Shown: positions 1 to 14,255 of the stretch, piece by piece
Numbering within the stretch: the stretch's first letter is position 1
How the letters are laid out: the number at the start of each line of letters is the position of its first letter
From: Chrysomallon squamiferum
Lineage: Eukaryota; Animalia; Mollusca
Assembly: GCA_012295275.1 (NCBI GenBank)
Contig: CM022677.1
Location: 14,446,001 to 14,510,000 of the forward strand
DNA: 64,000 nt
Reading direction: 5' to 3'
Notes under the pieces: model-generated
The model's input: the letters and a program-made list of their open reading frames with translations, nothing else
Database searches by the model: none
What the model was told of the DNA's origin: nothing
Translations under genes and position numbers: made by a program

Positions 1-87
1 TATCGCAAATATTTATTTCAGATAAAACGAGTGCCCATAGTTCCATAAGCTGGACGTATCGGCTTACATAATTTGCTAACATCTATT

Positions 88-335
88 TATAAACACTACG
101 TTAAAGCATTATCGGTTGGTTAACGGAACAAGTTATCATAGGCGATAGCTTTGTAATTAATTGTTTGCTATTGTTTTTCCTTTTCAATTCCACCTTTAAT
201 TGGCTAAAGTGAAGCCAACGAACAAATTTAGCGAACTTTTAGAGCTTTACGTTAATAATTATCGGTTGGTTAACGGAACAAGTTATCATGGAAGATAACT
301 CTATAACCTTGTATTTGCTATTGTTTTTCGTTTTC
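88..335. repeat. Two diverged ~150-bp tandem units, followed by a (CTT)n tract at 424-468; possibly a non-autonomous transposon remnant
   Basis: ATTATCGGTTGGTTAACGGAACAAGTTATCAT occurs at 108 and 258; TTTGCTATTGTTTTTC follows in both copies. Confidence 0.75.
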
Positions 336-437
336 CCATGCTAAACACTACTCAATGTCATTTCACGTTGCTTTCCTTTAATTCTTATTTCTTTTGAAAA
401 ATCAAAGAGTATAATACTATACATTCTTCTTCTTCTT

Positions 438-468
<31 letters not shown>

Positions 469-1809
469 TTATTATACTTCCATTTTTGTCAAGGTTTGTT
501 TGAAAATGTCTCACCAGTTGATTTGTATAACTAGGACAAAATGTTTGTGGATATTTTAATTAATAAAGAATTTTCGTATTTCATTTTAGATGTTGACAAA
601 TTAAGACAAGTCGATACTTTCAAATTATCGAACTACGAACAAACCTTTTATGTGACATAAATATTTGCTACAAAATTATTAATAGTGACTCTTATGTTAT
701 AACGTATAGAAAAAAATAGATGTTCAAAAAAATACTTTTTAGGCGACTAAATCATAATGTTTGTTTTTTTAAATTTCGTGCCTTGTCCTTACTGACATAA
801 CGTGCATAATCATCAGCTTGAAAGACAAGTAAGAATTCATTTGAATAATGTGTAATTTTTGTAATAGATTAAGTGATATTTATTGAAATCTGTTCTGAAA
901 CATATTTAAAGGAGTAAATATAATTTTAAGGATATTGTATTAATTCTTAGATTAATTGATTATATATTGATTATATATGTTTTTGTTTGTTATTTTAAAT
1001 TATGTTTTCAATTTTATTTTTAAGAAAAAGCTAATTGTCTTCTTCAGTTTAACTTGTCAGTACAGAAAGTTCACATTCCAAACAGCCCAGTCCAGCCTGA
1101 ACCAGTTTACTTCCTTGTGTCAAGAAAATGTGGAACTTTTAAAATATGTTCTGAAGTTCTGTGTCAGCCAATCTATCAGCTGGTGAGTCAGTTAATCTAT
1201 TAATGAATTAATTTATATAATTATTTTGTGTTGATGTATTTGCTTTTTGTTTTGTTTGTTATTGTGTATGCTATTTATTTATTTTAATTTTTTTGACCTA
1301 TATGATTGTGTTATTTTATGTTATGTTTTTGAATTTGTGTCTATTTATTTGTTTGAATTAAAGTTTGGCTCTCAGTTTTTCACTGTTTCTATCAAGATGG
1401 TTTTAAATGTAAATTTAATTATTAATTCATTGAAAAAGTAATGGAACATTAGGACAGATTTTGGACAGAGAACTAAATAATGTTTCATGGTTTCAGAAAT
1501 TCCACAGCATAGTTTGGTGTTGTGTTTATTTTTTGTTTGAATTTGATTGTGTTTAGCTTGGTGCAGTAGCTGATTCTGAGTTTGGTAAGGTTGTTATGTA
1601 GTTTGTTACGAAAATGATTTTATGTTTGAATTTGATTGTGTTTAGATTGGTGGAGTAGCTGATTCTGGTAAGGTTTTTATGTAGTTCTTAGTAAATTGAT
1701 TTTGGGTTTTGATGATGAAAGGTGTAACTAATGTTTATTTTATTTTTTACTATTTGCTGGTTGCAACATTCACCCACTCCAGTCTACATCTCAATATGGT
1801 TGACTGTTG

Positions 1810-2707
1810 TTTAAAAACTAGACTGTAGTGAAAGGTGAGTTTTAAAACTAGATTGTAGTGAAAGGTGAGTTTTAAAACTAGATTGTAGTGAAAGGTGAGT
1901 TTTAAAACTAGATTGTAGTGAAAGGTGTGTTTAAAACTAGATTGTAGTGAAAGGTGAGTTTTAAAACTAGACTGTAGTGAAAGGTGAGTTTTAAAACTAG
2001 ATTGTAGTGAAAGGTGTGTTTTAAAACTAGATTGTAGTGAAAGGTGTGTTTAAAACTAGATTGTAGTGAAAGGTGTGTTTTAAAACTAGATTGTAGTGAA
2101 AGGTGAGTTTTAAAACTAGATTGTAGTGAAAGGTGAGTTTTAAAACTAGATTGTAGTGAAAGGTGAGTTTTAAAACTAGATTGTAGTGAAAGGTGAGTTT
2201 TAAAACTAGATTGTAGTGAAAGGTGAGTTTTAAAACTAGATTGTAGTGAAAGGTGAGTTTTAAAAACTAGATTTAGTGAAAGGTGAGTTTTTTAAAACTA
2301 GTTTTAAAACTGTATTGTAAGGTGAGTTTTAAAACTAGATTGTAGTGAAAGGTGAGTTTTAAAACTAGATTGTAGTGAAAGGTGAGTTTTAAAACTAGAT
2401 TGTAGTGAAAGGTGAGTTTTAAAACTAGATTGTAGTGAAAGGTGAGTTTTAAAACTAGATTGTAGTGAAAGGTGAGTTTTAAAACTAGATTTTAAAAAAG
2501 AAAGTGAAAAGGTGAGTTTTAAAACTAGATTGTAGTGAAAGGTGTGTTTTAAAACTAGATTGTAGTGAAAGGTGTGTTTTAAAACTAGATTGTAGTGAAA
2601 GGTGAGTTTTAAAACTAGATTGTAGTGAAAGGTGTGTTTTAAAACTAGATTGTAGTGAAAGGTGAGTTTTAAAACTAGATTGTAGTGAAAGGTGTGTTTT
2701 AAAAACT
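1810..2707. repeat. 30-bp minisatellite, about 29 copies
   Basis: Unit TTTTAAAACTAGATTGTAGTGAAAGGTG(A/T)G; explains ORF 2485..2712. Confidence 0.97.
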
Positions 2708-3064
2708 TGCATTTTTATTGCTGTTGAAAGATTAAACTGTTACATTTTGTATCTAGATCCTTCATGAGATGTTTGCTACTGAGAGAGTGGATTTTAACAC
2801 AGTATTTTAACACAGTATTTTAACACAGTATTTTAGTATCTCTATGTATTTTTGTCTGTATATTTATACAAATTCAAGAAATAAAGAATTGTTATATATG
2901 TTTTATATTGCTATTATTATTATTATTTTTTTACTTTGTATATTTCTTTCTATTGTAAAGTCATGCATTTGCTGCTTATTTACCTATTAAAAATATTTGT
3001 TGTAGTGTTTAAGTTATGTAAATATTTGTATTTATTTATTTATTTAATATTAATTAATTCACAG

Positions 3065-3176
3065 GACCACTGCAGGCAGTGGTCAGTTTCCTGTAACTAA
3101 AATAGCAGAAATGAAGAAATTAAAAACATGTGCTGGAGACAGACAGATTCCTGGTGCTGAAATTACCTCCCTTGGG
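3065..3176 (+). CDS. MCC: Internal exon of an MCC (mutated in colorectal cancer)-like gene
   Basis: Follows a cacag acceptor and reads TTAGSGQFPVTKIAEMKKLKTCAGDRQIPGAEITSLG, matching vertebrate MCC 'IPIAKIAERVKL...DRPVLGSEISSIG' from memory. The predicted donor is non-canonical (GCAAAT). Confidence 0.8.
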
Positions 3177-3404
3177 GCAAATCTCATTTTGCTTTCTTTC
3201 TTTATATGTCTGTGTTCACATTGTTGTTTATATCCCAATAAAACTAAGAGAAAAGAAACAAATCAGATAATGTTATATTTAACATCATTTTAATCTGTTC
3301 TAATGCATTTGTCAAATCATTTATCCTTTTTTTTTGTTCTCAAAATTAATTTTCAGAATGTAAATTCTTAGAAATGTTTGGACTTGCTAGTGTTAGATAA
3401 CCAA

Positions 3405-3451
<47 letters not shown>

Positions 3452-4029
3452 TTATAGCAAATTTATAACTAATGCTTAATATATTTAAAACTTGAATTGG
3501 AATATACTGTTATATTGTTATCTGACTGATAATAACAGGGAAAAATATGAAAAATGAAATAAAAAGTTTGCAGTGATACTGAATAACTCGTAGACATGTT
3601 TTTCATAATTTCCAGTGTGATGTTTTAATTCATTAAAGTGTTGTTTGTTTTTTTATGGTGGTAATTTCAAATCATATCACCTCACACTAAAAAAAGAAAT
3701 TGACAGAAAATGATTCATTGACATATTTTTCAATATTTCAGATATGAATTTAATGGATTCTTAAATTTACAAATGTTTTCCAACTACAATCATTTTAAAT
3801 CAAATAACGCAAATAAATACAGTTTTAACAATAATACATATTTATTATTCATTATTTTTCATGATTTTTAACTTAATATTTTTTGCTTTATGGTAATACT
3901 GTTTCAAGTCAACTAAAATAAAAACATTTTTAAGAAAATAACACAGAATAAGTCATTGATATATTATTTTTCATGACATCCGATATGATTTTAACTGAGT
4001 TTAAACTTTGCTTATTTTTTCTACTTCAG

Positions 4030-4383
4030 CTTCCAAATATGAAATTAGTCAAACATTTAGTGCAGAGTTTACAGAGCTGTCCTAACATGCAGAAAATTGT
4101 TCAGACATTGTACAAGTGTGGTTCTGAGATAGGAGAAACCAAAGTGAAAGAGTTTGAAATTGAGTTTGAAAGACTTCAGAGCAAAATTGACCACCTCAAG
4201 TCACAGAATGACTTGGCTAACCTGACGCTGAATGAGAGCAAGTCCTACTCAGAGAGGTTGACGGTGTTGATGGGGAAGTATGAGTCTAACAACACAGCAC
4301 TGCAGTTGGCTATTAACTACTCTGATCAGATGATAGAGGCTTATGAAGTTTTCTGTGTTCTGCTGGAGAGTGAGATGTTTTAA
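4030..4383 (+). CDS. MCC: Exon of an MCC-like coiled-coil protein; 3' boundary uncertain (possible donor GTGAGA at 4369, otherwise stop at 4383)
   Basis: After a ttcag acceptor: HLVQSLQSC...KVKEFEIEFERLQSKIDHLKSQNDLANLTLNESKSYSERLTVLMGKYESNNTALQLAINYSDQMIEAYE, closely matching the MCC 'EFEVETERLNSRIEHLKSQNDLL...GKYESNATAL' region. Phase 0 fits the previous exon. Confidence 0.9.
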   Translation, partial: LPNMKLVKHLVQSLQSCPNMQKIVQTLYKCGSEIGETKVKEFEIEFERLQSKIDHLKSQNDLANLTLNESKSYSERLTVLMGKYESNNTALQLAINYSDQMIEAYEVFCVLLESEMF

Positions 4384-5489
4384 ATATATGTAAATTTCCC
4401 TTTTGTCAGCTCCTGTCTCAAACAAAAATTAATTAAAGTTAGATTGTGTCAACATATTAATTTAAATATATTTTAGATGATATAAATTTCTCATTTGGTG
4501 GCCTATAATGTATATAATTTAATTAAATTTCCCATTTGGCATTTGGTAGAAACGTACACAAAGACATTGTAAAGGCACATACTGAATCTGAAATAATATG
4601 TAAATGTTTTTGTGGGCTGGTGTGATTAGTTACTTTATGATGAAGCAGACATGTTCATGATGGTAAAGTTTACAAATTGTTAAATGGGCATTGTCATGTT
4701 TAATGTTACTTTATATGCAATGAAAAACTCATCTATTTCAGCTAAGAAAGTTGTTTAGTTTTATTTCCAAGTGAAGAAACCAAGTGAATAATGACAGGCA
4801 GAATTAATTATAATAATAATAATAATAATACAATGACAATAATAATAATAACAAGAACAACAATAATAATAGTAATAATAGTAATAACAATAATAATAAT
4901 AGTAATAATAATAACAGTAATAACTAGAATGGAAATAACAATAGGAATATAATAATAATAATAATAATTAAAGAAGATAATAATTATAATAAAATAAAAA
5001 TAATACTTTATTTTACATAATTTAAATGAATTCTCTCTAGAGATAGCTGGTGTGAGTTGTACTTTTTATTCTCTCTTCATAAAATATTAAGTGAAGTAAC
5101 AATAATCAAATATTTTTTTACAAAATCCGTTAGTAGTGAAAATTAAGTTACTAATAACCACAAATCTGATATTTATTTTTGCTCATTCTAACAACCATTT
5201 GATTAAAAAACTGCAGATGTCAACAGTTCAACTTTGTCTTAAGTTATGGTGGAATTTAAGACTGTTTTGATTATGCTGAAAATTTAGTTAACTTGGCTGC
5301 ACATTGAGTTTGAAATACAGTGATGTCACTTCTAGCTCTGTTTTTCACTTTAATTTCTAACTATATCCAACCAAAAGCAAAAACAAAAACAATTAAAATA
5401 ATTAATAAATAATAATTAATAATACAACAAATAAATAAAATAATTATAGAGACAGATAGAAACAAGTGAATGAGGCAGACAAACGACAG

Positions 5490-5905
5490 AGACAACTGAA
5501 TTAGACTGAGACAAGTCAGAGATACAAATGAGACAGAGACAAGTTATAAAGACAGCTAAGTGAATGAGAGAGACAGCTGAATTAGACTGAGACAAGTTAG
5601 AGATACAAATGAGACAGAGACAAGCTATAAAGACAGCTAAGTGAATGAGAGAGACAGCTGAATTAGACTGAGACAAGTTAGAGATACAAATGAGACAGAG
5701 ACAAGTTATAAAGACAGCTAAGTGAATGAGAGAGACAGCTGAATTAGACTGAGACAAGTTAGAGATACAAATGAGACAGAGACAAGTTATAAAGACAGCT
5801 AAGTGAATGAGAGAGACAGCTGAATTAGACTGAGACAAGTTAGAGATACAAATGAGACAGAGACAAGTTATAAAGACAGCTAAGTGAATGAGAGAGACAG
5901 CTGAA
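5490..5905. repeat. 81-bp tandem repeat, about 5 copies
   Basis: Unit GCTGAATTAGACTGAGACAAGTTAGAGATACAAATGAGACAGAGACAAGTTATAAAGACAGCTAAGTGAATGAGAGAGACA; explains ORF 5416..5928. Confidence 0.95.
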
Positions 5906-6439
5906 TGAGATATTTTACTTTCATTCAAACACTCAAAGAATGAACAGATTATATAAATATGTATATTTCATTAATGTTTTCATGTTGACATTTTTATTTG
6001 ATTCATATAGTAAAAATAAAAACCTTTCTCATAGATGAGACAATTCCAGTGAAAGTCTGTCATTGCTGTCACTGTGCATAGAAATATTTCTCCATATTTT
6101 TAATTATGTTTTTGTGATTTGTTTGAAAAGACTAACTATTTTAATGAACACTAGTAGAATTTCATGCTTCTTTCATTTTTCAGATAGATTTTTAAATATA
6201 GAAATAAAACATTTTTGATGCAGTAATTTAACATTAGTCCTAGAAGCAGAACATAATATTTATTAATGGGTTAGAATAGTATATGCCTATCTAGAAGATT
6301 ATGTTCTATGTTTAACAAATAGAGAAGTAAATAATAACACTTCTCTATAAGACCAGTAAGATTGATTGCAATAGGAATATTGCATTAGTTTCCTCTAAGC
6401 ATGCAAAAATAATTAATTTAATTAATAACTAAGTAAGTA

Positions 6440-7350
6440 ATAACGTTAGAAACAACACCGTTATGACGACAACAACGGCGATATTAATAAAAACTAATAA
6501 TATATTTTAATGGGATGGATACGGACACTAACAAGTTAAGAACAAACCCTTAAGACGGCGACATTAATAGACACAATAATAATATATTTTTTAATACAGG
6601 ATTCGTATGGTCATAAAGTAAGAATAACAACGAATAAAAAGCGTAAAAGAATAATGAAAAGTACACCGAGAACGTTAAGAACAACGCCATTACGACGGCA
6701 AATAGTAACAATGTATTCCAGTATAGGATGTTAAGAATAACAGATTTAAAAACGCGTAAAATAATAATGACAAGTACAGCAAAACGTTGAAAACAACGCT
6801 GGTACGACGGCAATGACGGCGACATTAACAGAAATTGCATTAATATATTTTAAGATGCGTCCGTCAGAAAGTATGAGGAAATAAAAAGCGCAAAAGAATA
6901 ACGACAAGTACTTGAATAACGTTAGGAACAACGCCGTTACGATGACAACGACAGCGACATTAATAGAAATATACTAATAATATATCTTGATATAGGACGT
7001 GCACACTAATAAGGTAGAATAATAGCTAATAAAAAGAGAACGTTGAGAACAACGCTGGTACGACGGCAATGACGGCGACATTAACAGAAATTGCATTAAT
7101 ATATTTTAAGATGCGTCCGTCAGAAAGTATGAGGAAATAAAAAGCGCAAAAGAATAACGACAAGTACTTGAATAACGTTAGGAACAACGCCGTTACGATG
7201 ACAACGACAGCGACATTAATAGAAATATACTAATAATATATCTTGATATAGGACGTGCACACTAATAAGGTAGAATAATAGCTAATAAAAAGAGAACGTT
7301 GAGAACAACGTCGTATACAATGGTAATGACGCCGAAATGAATAGAGACAA
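6440..7350. repeat. Satellite-like array of diverged ~128-bp units with a near-perfect 256-bp higher-order duplication
   Basis: Core AACGTT..GAACAACGC..TACGACGGCAA.GACGGCGACATTAA recurs; CGTTGA anchors at 6785, 7041 and 7297; related sequence lies in reverse orientation near 42540-42890. Confidence 0.85.
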
Positions 7351-7351
7351 T

Positions 7352-7437
<86 letters not shown>

Positions 7438-8009
7438 TTCTTCCATGTCTGAAGAGAACATTTTAAAAAGTATGTCAGTCAAAATAAAAAGAAAAAAATG
7501 AAGTAGAATAGTTGAGTACGCTTCGAACACTCATCCAAAAAGAAAAACTATAAGTTGTATTAGCTGTTAATGATAAATTTACAGTAAGAGTACTACATTG
7601 ATATTATACACAATAATTATATTTTACAGACAGACAGACATATAGATATATAGGTGAATATCAAGAAACAATGTAAAATAGATTTAAAATTTAAATAAAA
7701 TAATGACAGAAGAATTTAATTTTTATCATACAAATGTTTTATTTTAGTTTTATTTTGATTACACTGGATGTATATATATATATATTTCTTGAAATAAACT
7801 ACAAACTAACAGAATAGTTTACATGGAGAGAGAGAAATTACTTATATATTTAATAAAAAAGATGAAATTAAACAAAGTAACTGAATTAATTGCTTAATTA
7901 ACTAAATTAATAAGTAAATCAATAATATAACTAATTATCCTTTTATCAATTCATGTAAAGAAAGATGTCTATGGACTTTCAACTTCAAAACAGTTAAAGT
8001 GAAACTAAC

Positions 8010-9373
8010 TTAGCAGACAGTTTGAAGTTTACTTTTACACCATGTAAATATGTTTATTTCTCCGCTGAAGCGCTCTCCCACGTACAATTTGTTGTCATCA
8101 CAACAGACAGACAAAGGTGTGGACAGTCCATCCTGGCGTGTGAGGATGTCACGTGTAATGTTACCACCTCGTGAGAACTGAACAACACAATTTCTATCAA
8201 AATCACAAACAAAAATATTTCCCTCCCTGTCACATGTAACACCTGTCAAGCCTTTCAGTCTGTCTGAATCACGTGACTCCCACTTGACGTCACCTGATGA
8301 CGTCACACAAACTAAACTGTTTCCTTTTGACACAACAATCAGACACTGATCATGAACTGTGAGACACGACGGTCTGGGGATCAAATCGGTTGAGATAGAA
8401 TTAATGAGCTGACCACTGTCTGTCAGTATGTCCAAGCACTGATTATACCCAGTGACCGCGAGACGGTTGCCAGGTAACACATCGATAAACTGATACTTTT
8501 TAACAGTTTTAACTGTTTTTACCAGTTTGAAGTTTTTCAAATTTAAAAACAATATTTTACTTTCATTTGGCAGAGCAACAACAACAACAACATCATCCCG
8601 CTGATCACGTGCTTCAGCAAGACCGACTGGTTCAGAGGAAGTTTTGTATCTTTTTATCAGTGATTTTCTTTCTAAACAAAAACATTTTACACATTCACTG
8701 AAACAATCACTAACAACAATTTTACTGTTGTCTGCACCTGACACCAGCAGGGAAACCAGAAACGGCTTGAATTCATCGTCTTGTGTTTTTGTGTTAATGG
8801 TGTCTGTGTGTTTGAGAGTGTCTGTCACTCTGTCTATCTGTGTGTCTGTTTGGATATTTGTGGATATTTCTGCAATGTGGACTGACATTTCTGCCTTTTT
8901 GTCAGATTTTATCAGATTTATTTTAAACTTTGCTTTTTCTATTCGGGAACGAGACTTAGACAGAAACTCGGAAGTTGTGTACTGAAGTTTAATGAATTTT
9001 AAAATGTTAATTTTTACATCTGACTCTGATTTTCTTGTCAGCAAATCTTCCCCCAATCTTATCATTTTTTTGTTTTCCTCAATCAGATGTTTGTGTTCAT
9101 TGAATAATTTGTCTATTTCTGAGTTTACAAAGTTCTGAGATTTTTCTATTTCTCTTATTAACCTGTCTTGTTCTTTGTCGACTGCGGCAGTAAAATCTGT
9201 GATTAGTGTGTTACCAATCATTCTGACCTCTTCTGTAGTGTCCACGACGTTGATGTCGACGGCTTGGCGAAGTTGCTCGATCATATCATCCATCTCTGTC
9301 TCAAGAATTTCTTTAAAGGTTTTGAGACTTTCAGAAACAGAACTCAGAAGTGACATGTGATCTCCCTTTTTAG
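8010..9373 (-). CDS. TRIM-like E3 ligase, coding exon 2: coiled-coil plus C-terminal NHL-like beta-propeller
   Basis: Open for 1364 nt after an atttcAG acceptor. Helical region followed by NHL-type motifs (IVVSDCFSECVKCF, PVGLAE, PSCLTVH, LTGVTCDREGNIFVCDFDRNCVVQF, GLSTPLSVCCDDNKLYVGE). Phase 1 matches the RING exon. Confidence 0.88.
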
Positions 9374-9379
9374 CTGAAA

Positions 9380-9431
<52 letters not shown>

Positions 9432-9675
9432 CAATCAGTCAGTTAATTAATTAACTAGAACTACTATTATTAATTAAGATATGCCTACAATGTGAAGTTT
9501 TAGAATTTATGTTATCAACTACTTTAAAAATCTGAGTAGAAAAATGACATAAATAAAGTTTCCTCTATTTCTTTAGGTTGTGATGATCAATATACGGCAT
9601 ACATATTTTTAGCTAAACAATCACTAAATGGTTAATACATATTTTTAGTTAATAAACACAACACTGCTGACTCAC

Positions 9676-9958
9676 AAAACTGTGATTGTAGCCGATCATT
9701 AGCGGCGTCCTGTAGTGAAAGGTTTATAGGGAATTGATCTGCCCATGTATTCACAGGTTTCGAGCTGTCTGGGATGTGGACATTCTGCCTGCAGAACGGG
9801 CAGGTGATTTGTATGTCGTTGTTGTCGTAATTATGACTTATAAAGTCCTGCAGGCATCTGCTGCACAACGAATGTCCGCAGTTTATTCGCGGCTTCTTGA
9901 AAAGTTCCGTACAAATGCAGCACGAAAGATTGTCATCGGAGTTAGCTGCTGTTGCCAT
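9676..9958 (-). CDS. TRIM-like E3 ligase, coding exon 1: C3HC4 RING finger (spliced product about 548 aa)
   Basis: MATAANSDDNLSCCICTELFKKPRINCGHSLCSRCL...ITCPFCR...WADQFPINLSL; cacAG acceptor 2 nt before the ATG, GTGAGT donor at 9675-9670. Confidence 0.9.
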
Positions 9959-9963
9959 ATCTG

Positions 9964-10027
<64 letters not shown>

Positions 10028-10538
10028 TTTAGAGATAACAAAGAACACCAGTTGAAAACCACTGACTGTAGTAAAAAACAACAAAATAAACATCTGAGTG
10101 TACAAGAATGCTGCAAGATAATTTCGCACACAACTATTTATGATCTAACTCGTACGTGTACAGTAAAAGAAACGTGAAGTAACGTATTCTGTGTAATAAT
10201 TATAACGTCAGAATAAACAAATGACATTGCTACCGAATAAAACAATTATAAATAAATAAATAAACTTATACGATATAACAAAGTTTTAAATTTTATTTTA
10301 AAACGTATTATATCGTAAGCCCTGCAGGTAATTTCTCAGTAGTAGTGATGGTAAATAAATCTCTAAATCGATATTTTTTTCTTACGAAATGAAAAATGTG
10401 ATACCAGGAAATAGTTCTGTAGTCCTCTGCAATTTCAACTTGTGACTGAAGTTGGTTTTGACAGACAACACACAGTGAGAAGAAGATACCAACTGAAAAA
10501 AAGGAAGGGTGTAAGCTTCAATGCTTATCTTTCTTTTG

Positions 10539-10591
<53 letters not shown>

Positions 10592-11326
10592 TTAAAAATT
10601 CTGAAATATTTTTAATCTTGTGGTAAACAGCAATAAAAAATCATAACTAACGTAGAAGATTAATTAAAATTACAATGGTTATCCGAGTATCTCACTCATG
10701 TACTAATAATAGACACAGCGATTCGTTTGTAGAAGGATACAGAAAAATACTGTATTTAACCACTGGATAGAAATTGTTTGTTGTTTTCCTAGTTATGCAT
10801 TTATTTATTTGTTATTTCTTCTTCTTTTTTTCATGTATTCCAAAACAAGAAGAACAGAAATATATACATATCCATGTATGAATGTATATATGTGTGTGTG
10901 TGTGTGTGTTTGTGCACATATACATACACATGCACATACTATCAAACAGTAATTAAACATTCAGATAATATGGTGAATAAGAAAAAGATTGAAATGTATG
11001 TGTGTGTTGTTCAAAACATTATCTGGATTTTTAAAAGGACTGTTAGAAAACTGTACAGTGTTTGATTAGATATAACGTTTACAGACATTTCTATCTGCAC
11101 CTAATTAACTTAATAATTAAAAAAAAATTTATTTATTTATCATGAGGTCAAACTCAATACTAAAACTAATAACATCAACACAGCAAAATATAAATAATAA
11201 TAATAACAATAATAACAATAAAAATAACAACATCAAAAACAACAGTAATAATAAATAAATAAATAAATAAAAATACACATATCCAAGAAAACTAAAATTG
11301 GAAAGTATTCCATCAACATGAGTTCT

Positions 11327-11499
<173 letters not shown>

Positions 11500-12707
11500 A
11501 TTAAATGCAACTTTCATAAAATAAAATGGAGTTCTTACTTGGATGGATGTTTTCTAGCAAGGCGATGACAACGAAGCTGTGTTGCCGTGGAAACCAGGTT
11601 TCAGTTCTATGAGACAAACAAAGAAATACGTGGTCTAATATACCCGCTTGAAGTGAACTTGGACCATCTCGTGATGGAGATAAAACTCAGGTGAGGTATG
11701 ACATTTTCAAACCATTGCCTTATTTAGTAAACTGATAATTACTTCAATTAAAAAGATTACTCATCAACACAAGACTTTTATCTTTTCTCTTTAACATGAG
11801 ACAAAACAGCAGGTCCGGGTTTGTTTAAATAACGGTGGGGTGTTTATATATTTTACTCATCAGAACTACTGTTACCTGTCATATTACAGCTACTACAACA
11901 TTTTTTGTAACTTTCTCACTCCTTTACTACTACAACTGCTACTACTACTACTACTGTAACTATTACAATAACAACTGCTATTTCTAATCTTGTAATTCAG
12001 ATTTCTTTACGATCACATTTTTTAATATTAACAATATCATTTGTTTGCTCTGCTTATATTTAGATATGTATGTTCAACTCGTGTATAATTAATTTATTAC
12101 TAAAACATGTGTCAGTGATAACATGACTTACTGTCTTACTGACTTACTAACTTTCTGACAAAACAGTGATTTAATAAGAGTACAGACAGGATAGCAGTCA
12201 AACACACCCACACAAATGCACACACATACATACATAGAGACACACAGACACACAGACACAAAGGCAGACATCTTATTAATATAATATAAAAATATATTCA
12301 AACACTAAGACTATTACTACTACTGCTATAACTACTACTGTTATACCACTACTAATATTAATACAAATGCTAATGTTGTGGTTGTATGTAAAAACTAAAT
12401 TGTTCTGTAAATTTTAATTTCATTGAGATAAAATTGTAAATCGTCTGAAATTGCCAAAGTCATATTTTTAATGTAATAAAATTTAGTTCCATTTTAATTA
12501 ACTATATTATAATATTGTAAATTCGATTATTTCTACGATCACAGTTTGAACTATTTGTTATCTGTGCTCAGTTTGTTATCTTGTTATTAAAACACGAGTG
12601 AGCGAAACAAGACCTACTAATCTGTTTTGTCAAGACTAAAGTTCTCTGCGTTATCTCACCTTTCTTATCTGATGATGAACAAATTTGCTTTAGTACAAAG
12701 TCAGCTT

Positions 12708-12793
<86 letters not shown>

Positions 12794-14178
12794 AAAGTTT
12801 AAATAAATAACAGATACCCTTACATGAGCGCGCGCTCACACAGAAATAAATAAATAAATAATAGTAGAACGCATGACATTTATATTACCAACAGATTTAA
12901 TGTCAAATTTAATTTTCTTATTATTTATTTATTTATTTATTCATTTTATTTTATTTTATTATGTGTTTCTCTGTCATTAAATGTTGACAAATAATTACAA
13001 TTTGTGTCACGTATGTATAAAAAAAACCGTAAATAAATCAATGTTAGAAAATGTATTACTTCTTTATTACTTCTGTTTTTATTATTACTCCTATTGTTGT
13101 TGTTATTATTATTATTAGTAGTATTATTAGTTCTCAACAGTCGATCTGCTTTTAAACAAAATATATATCTATGTCTATTTATTTATTTGTTTTCATTTTC
13201 TAAGGTAAATTAGAATCATAAGCTGCAAACGACGTTTTTTTCACTTCGGGTCAAACATATATCTTGACAGCGATTTACTTTACTGAACCTAAGAATTCAT
13301 ATTAAATCAAATACACAATATATTTTTTTTTCTTGCATGTATACATATATGTATATGTATGTTTTTTGTGTGTGTCATTTTAATATGAATTCGTACACAT
13401 ACACACATACACATGCATATGTTTGTATGTATTGCTGTATATATGTATGCATGTATACATATGTGCGCGTGCGTGTGTGTGTTTGTGTGTGTGTGTTGTA
13501 GTCAAGCAGCCGTTATCTCTTCCCCCTCTTCCAGATTCTAGAATTATTACACACTGCGAAAACATCAAGAACATACTTGAATGTTACTGTTTATAAGAAA
13601 ACGTAATATTCGTGTCTATATGGCTTATGCGACAACAGAAAATAATCAGAATGTCTAATATTAAAATTTCCATCTTGTAACTAATTTTCTGACAATTCAG
13701 TGATTTAATAAGAGTACAGACCTGATATCAAATATTTCTCTCTCCAACAACCTGCTGACCGCGTGACTGACACAGATAAAACACTTCTTAAAATAAATCT
13801 TCTTTAATCTTTGTTGTATTCAAGATAACACTAGGTACAGAGGAAAAACTTGGTTTAATCGTTTAATGTAATTTAAAATATTTGAAATAAAATTCATGTG
13901 ATGATAATAATAATAATAATTCCTTTATGATAAAATTGTTCTATGTTTGATATTGTCAATGTCCTGTGTTTCATCTATTTAAATTGCTTTGCTTATGAAT
14001 AACTGGATTCTGTACTGAAAGTTGAAATACTACTAAGACCCGTGTCTCAAATTTTTATCATCTCTGTTCAGCTTGTTACTGAAACACGTGTTAGCTATAA
14101 CATGACCTACTAATCTGTTTTCTCAAGACTAAAGTTTATTAACTATAGATAAACATTATTTTAGTACAAATTCAACTT

Positions 14179-14255
<77 letters not shown>

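Noticed and set aside
1048-1182. Possible exon ending at a GTGAGT donor upstream of the MCC exons
   Set aside because: No recognisable similarity to MCC or another family in any frame; cannot be supported.
1810-2707. 30-bp repeat array (also the 33-bp array at 61416-62556) as a CRISPR array
   Set aside because: Units are head-to-tail with no unique spacers, there are no cas genes, and the context is eukaryotic.
5416-5928. 170-aa repetitive ORF (likewise 2485..2712 and 61952..62545)
   Set aside because: Open only because the repeat unit length is a multiple of 3; no splice or domain support.
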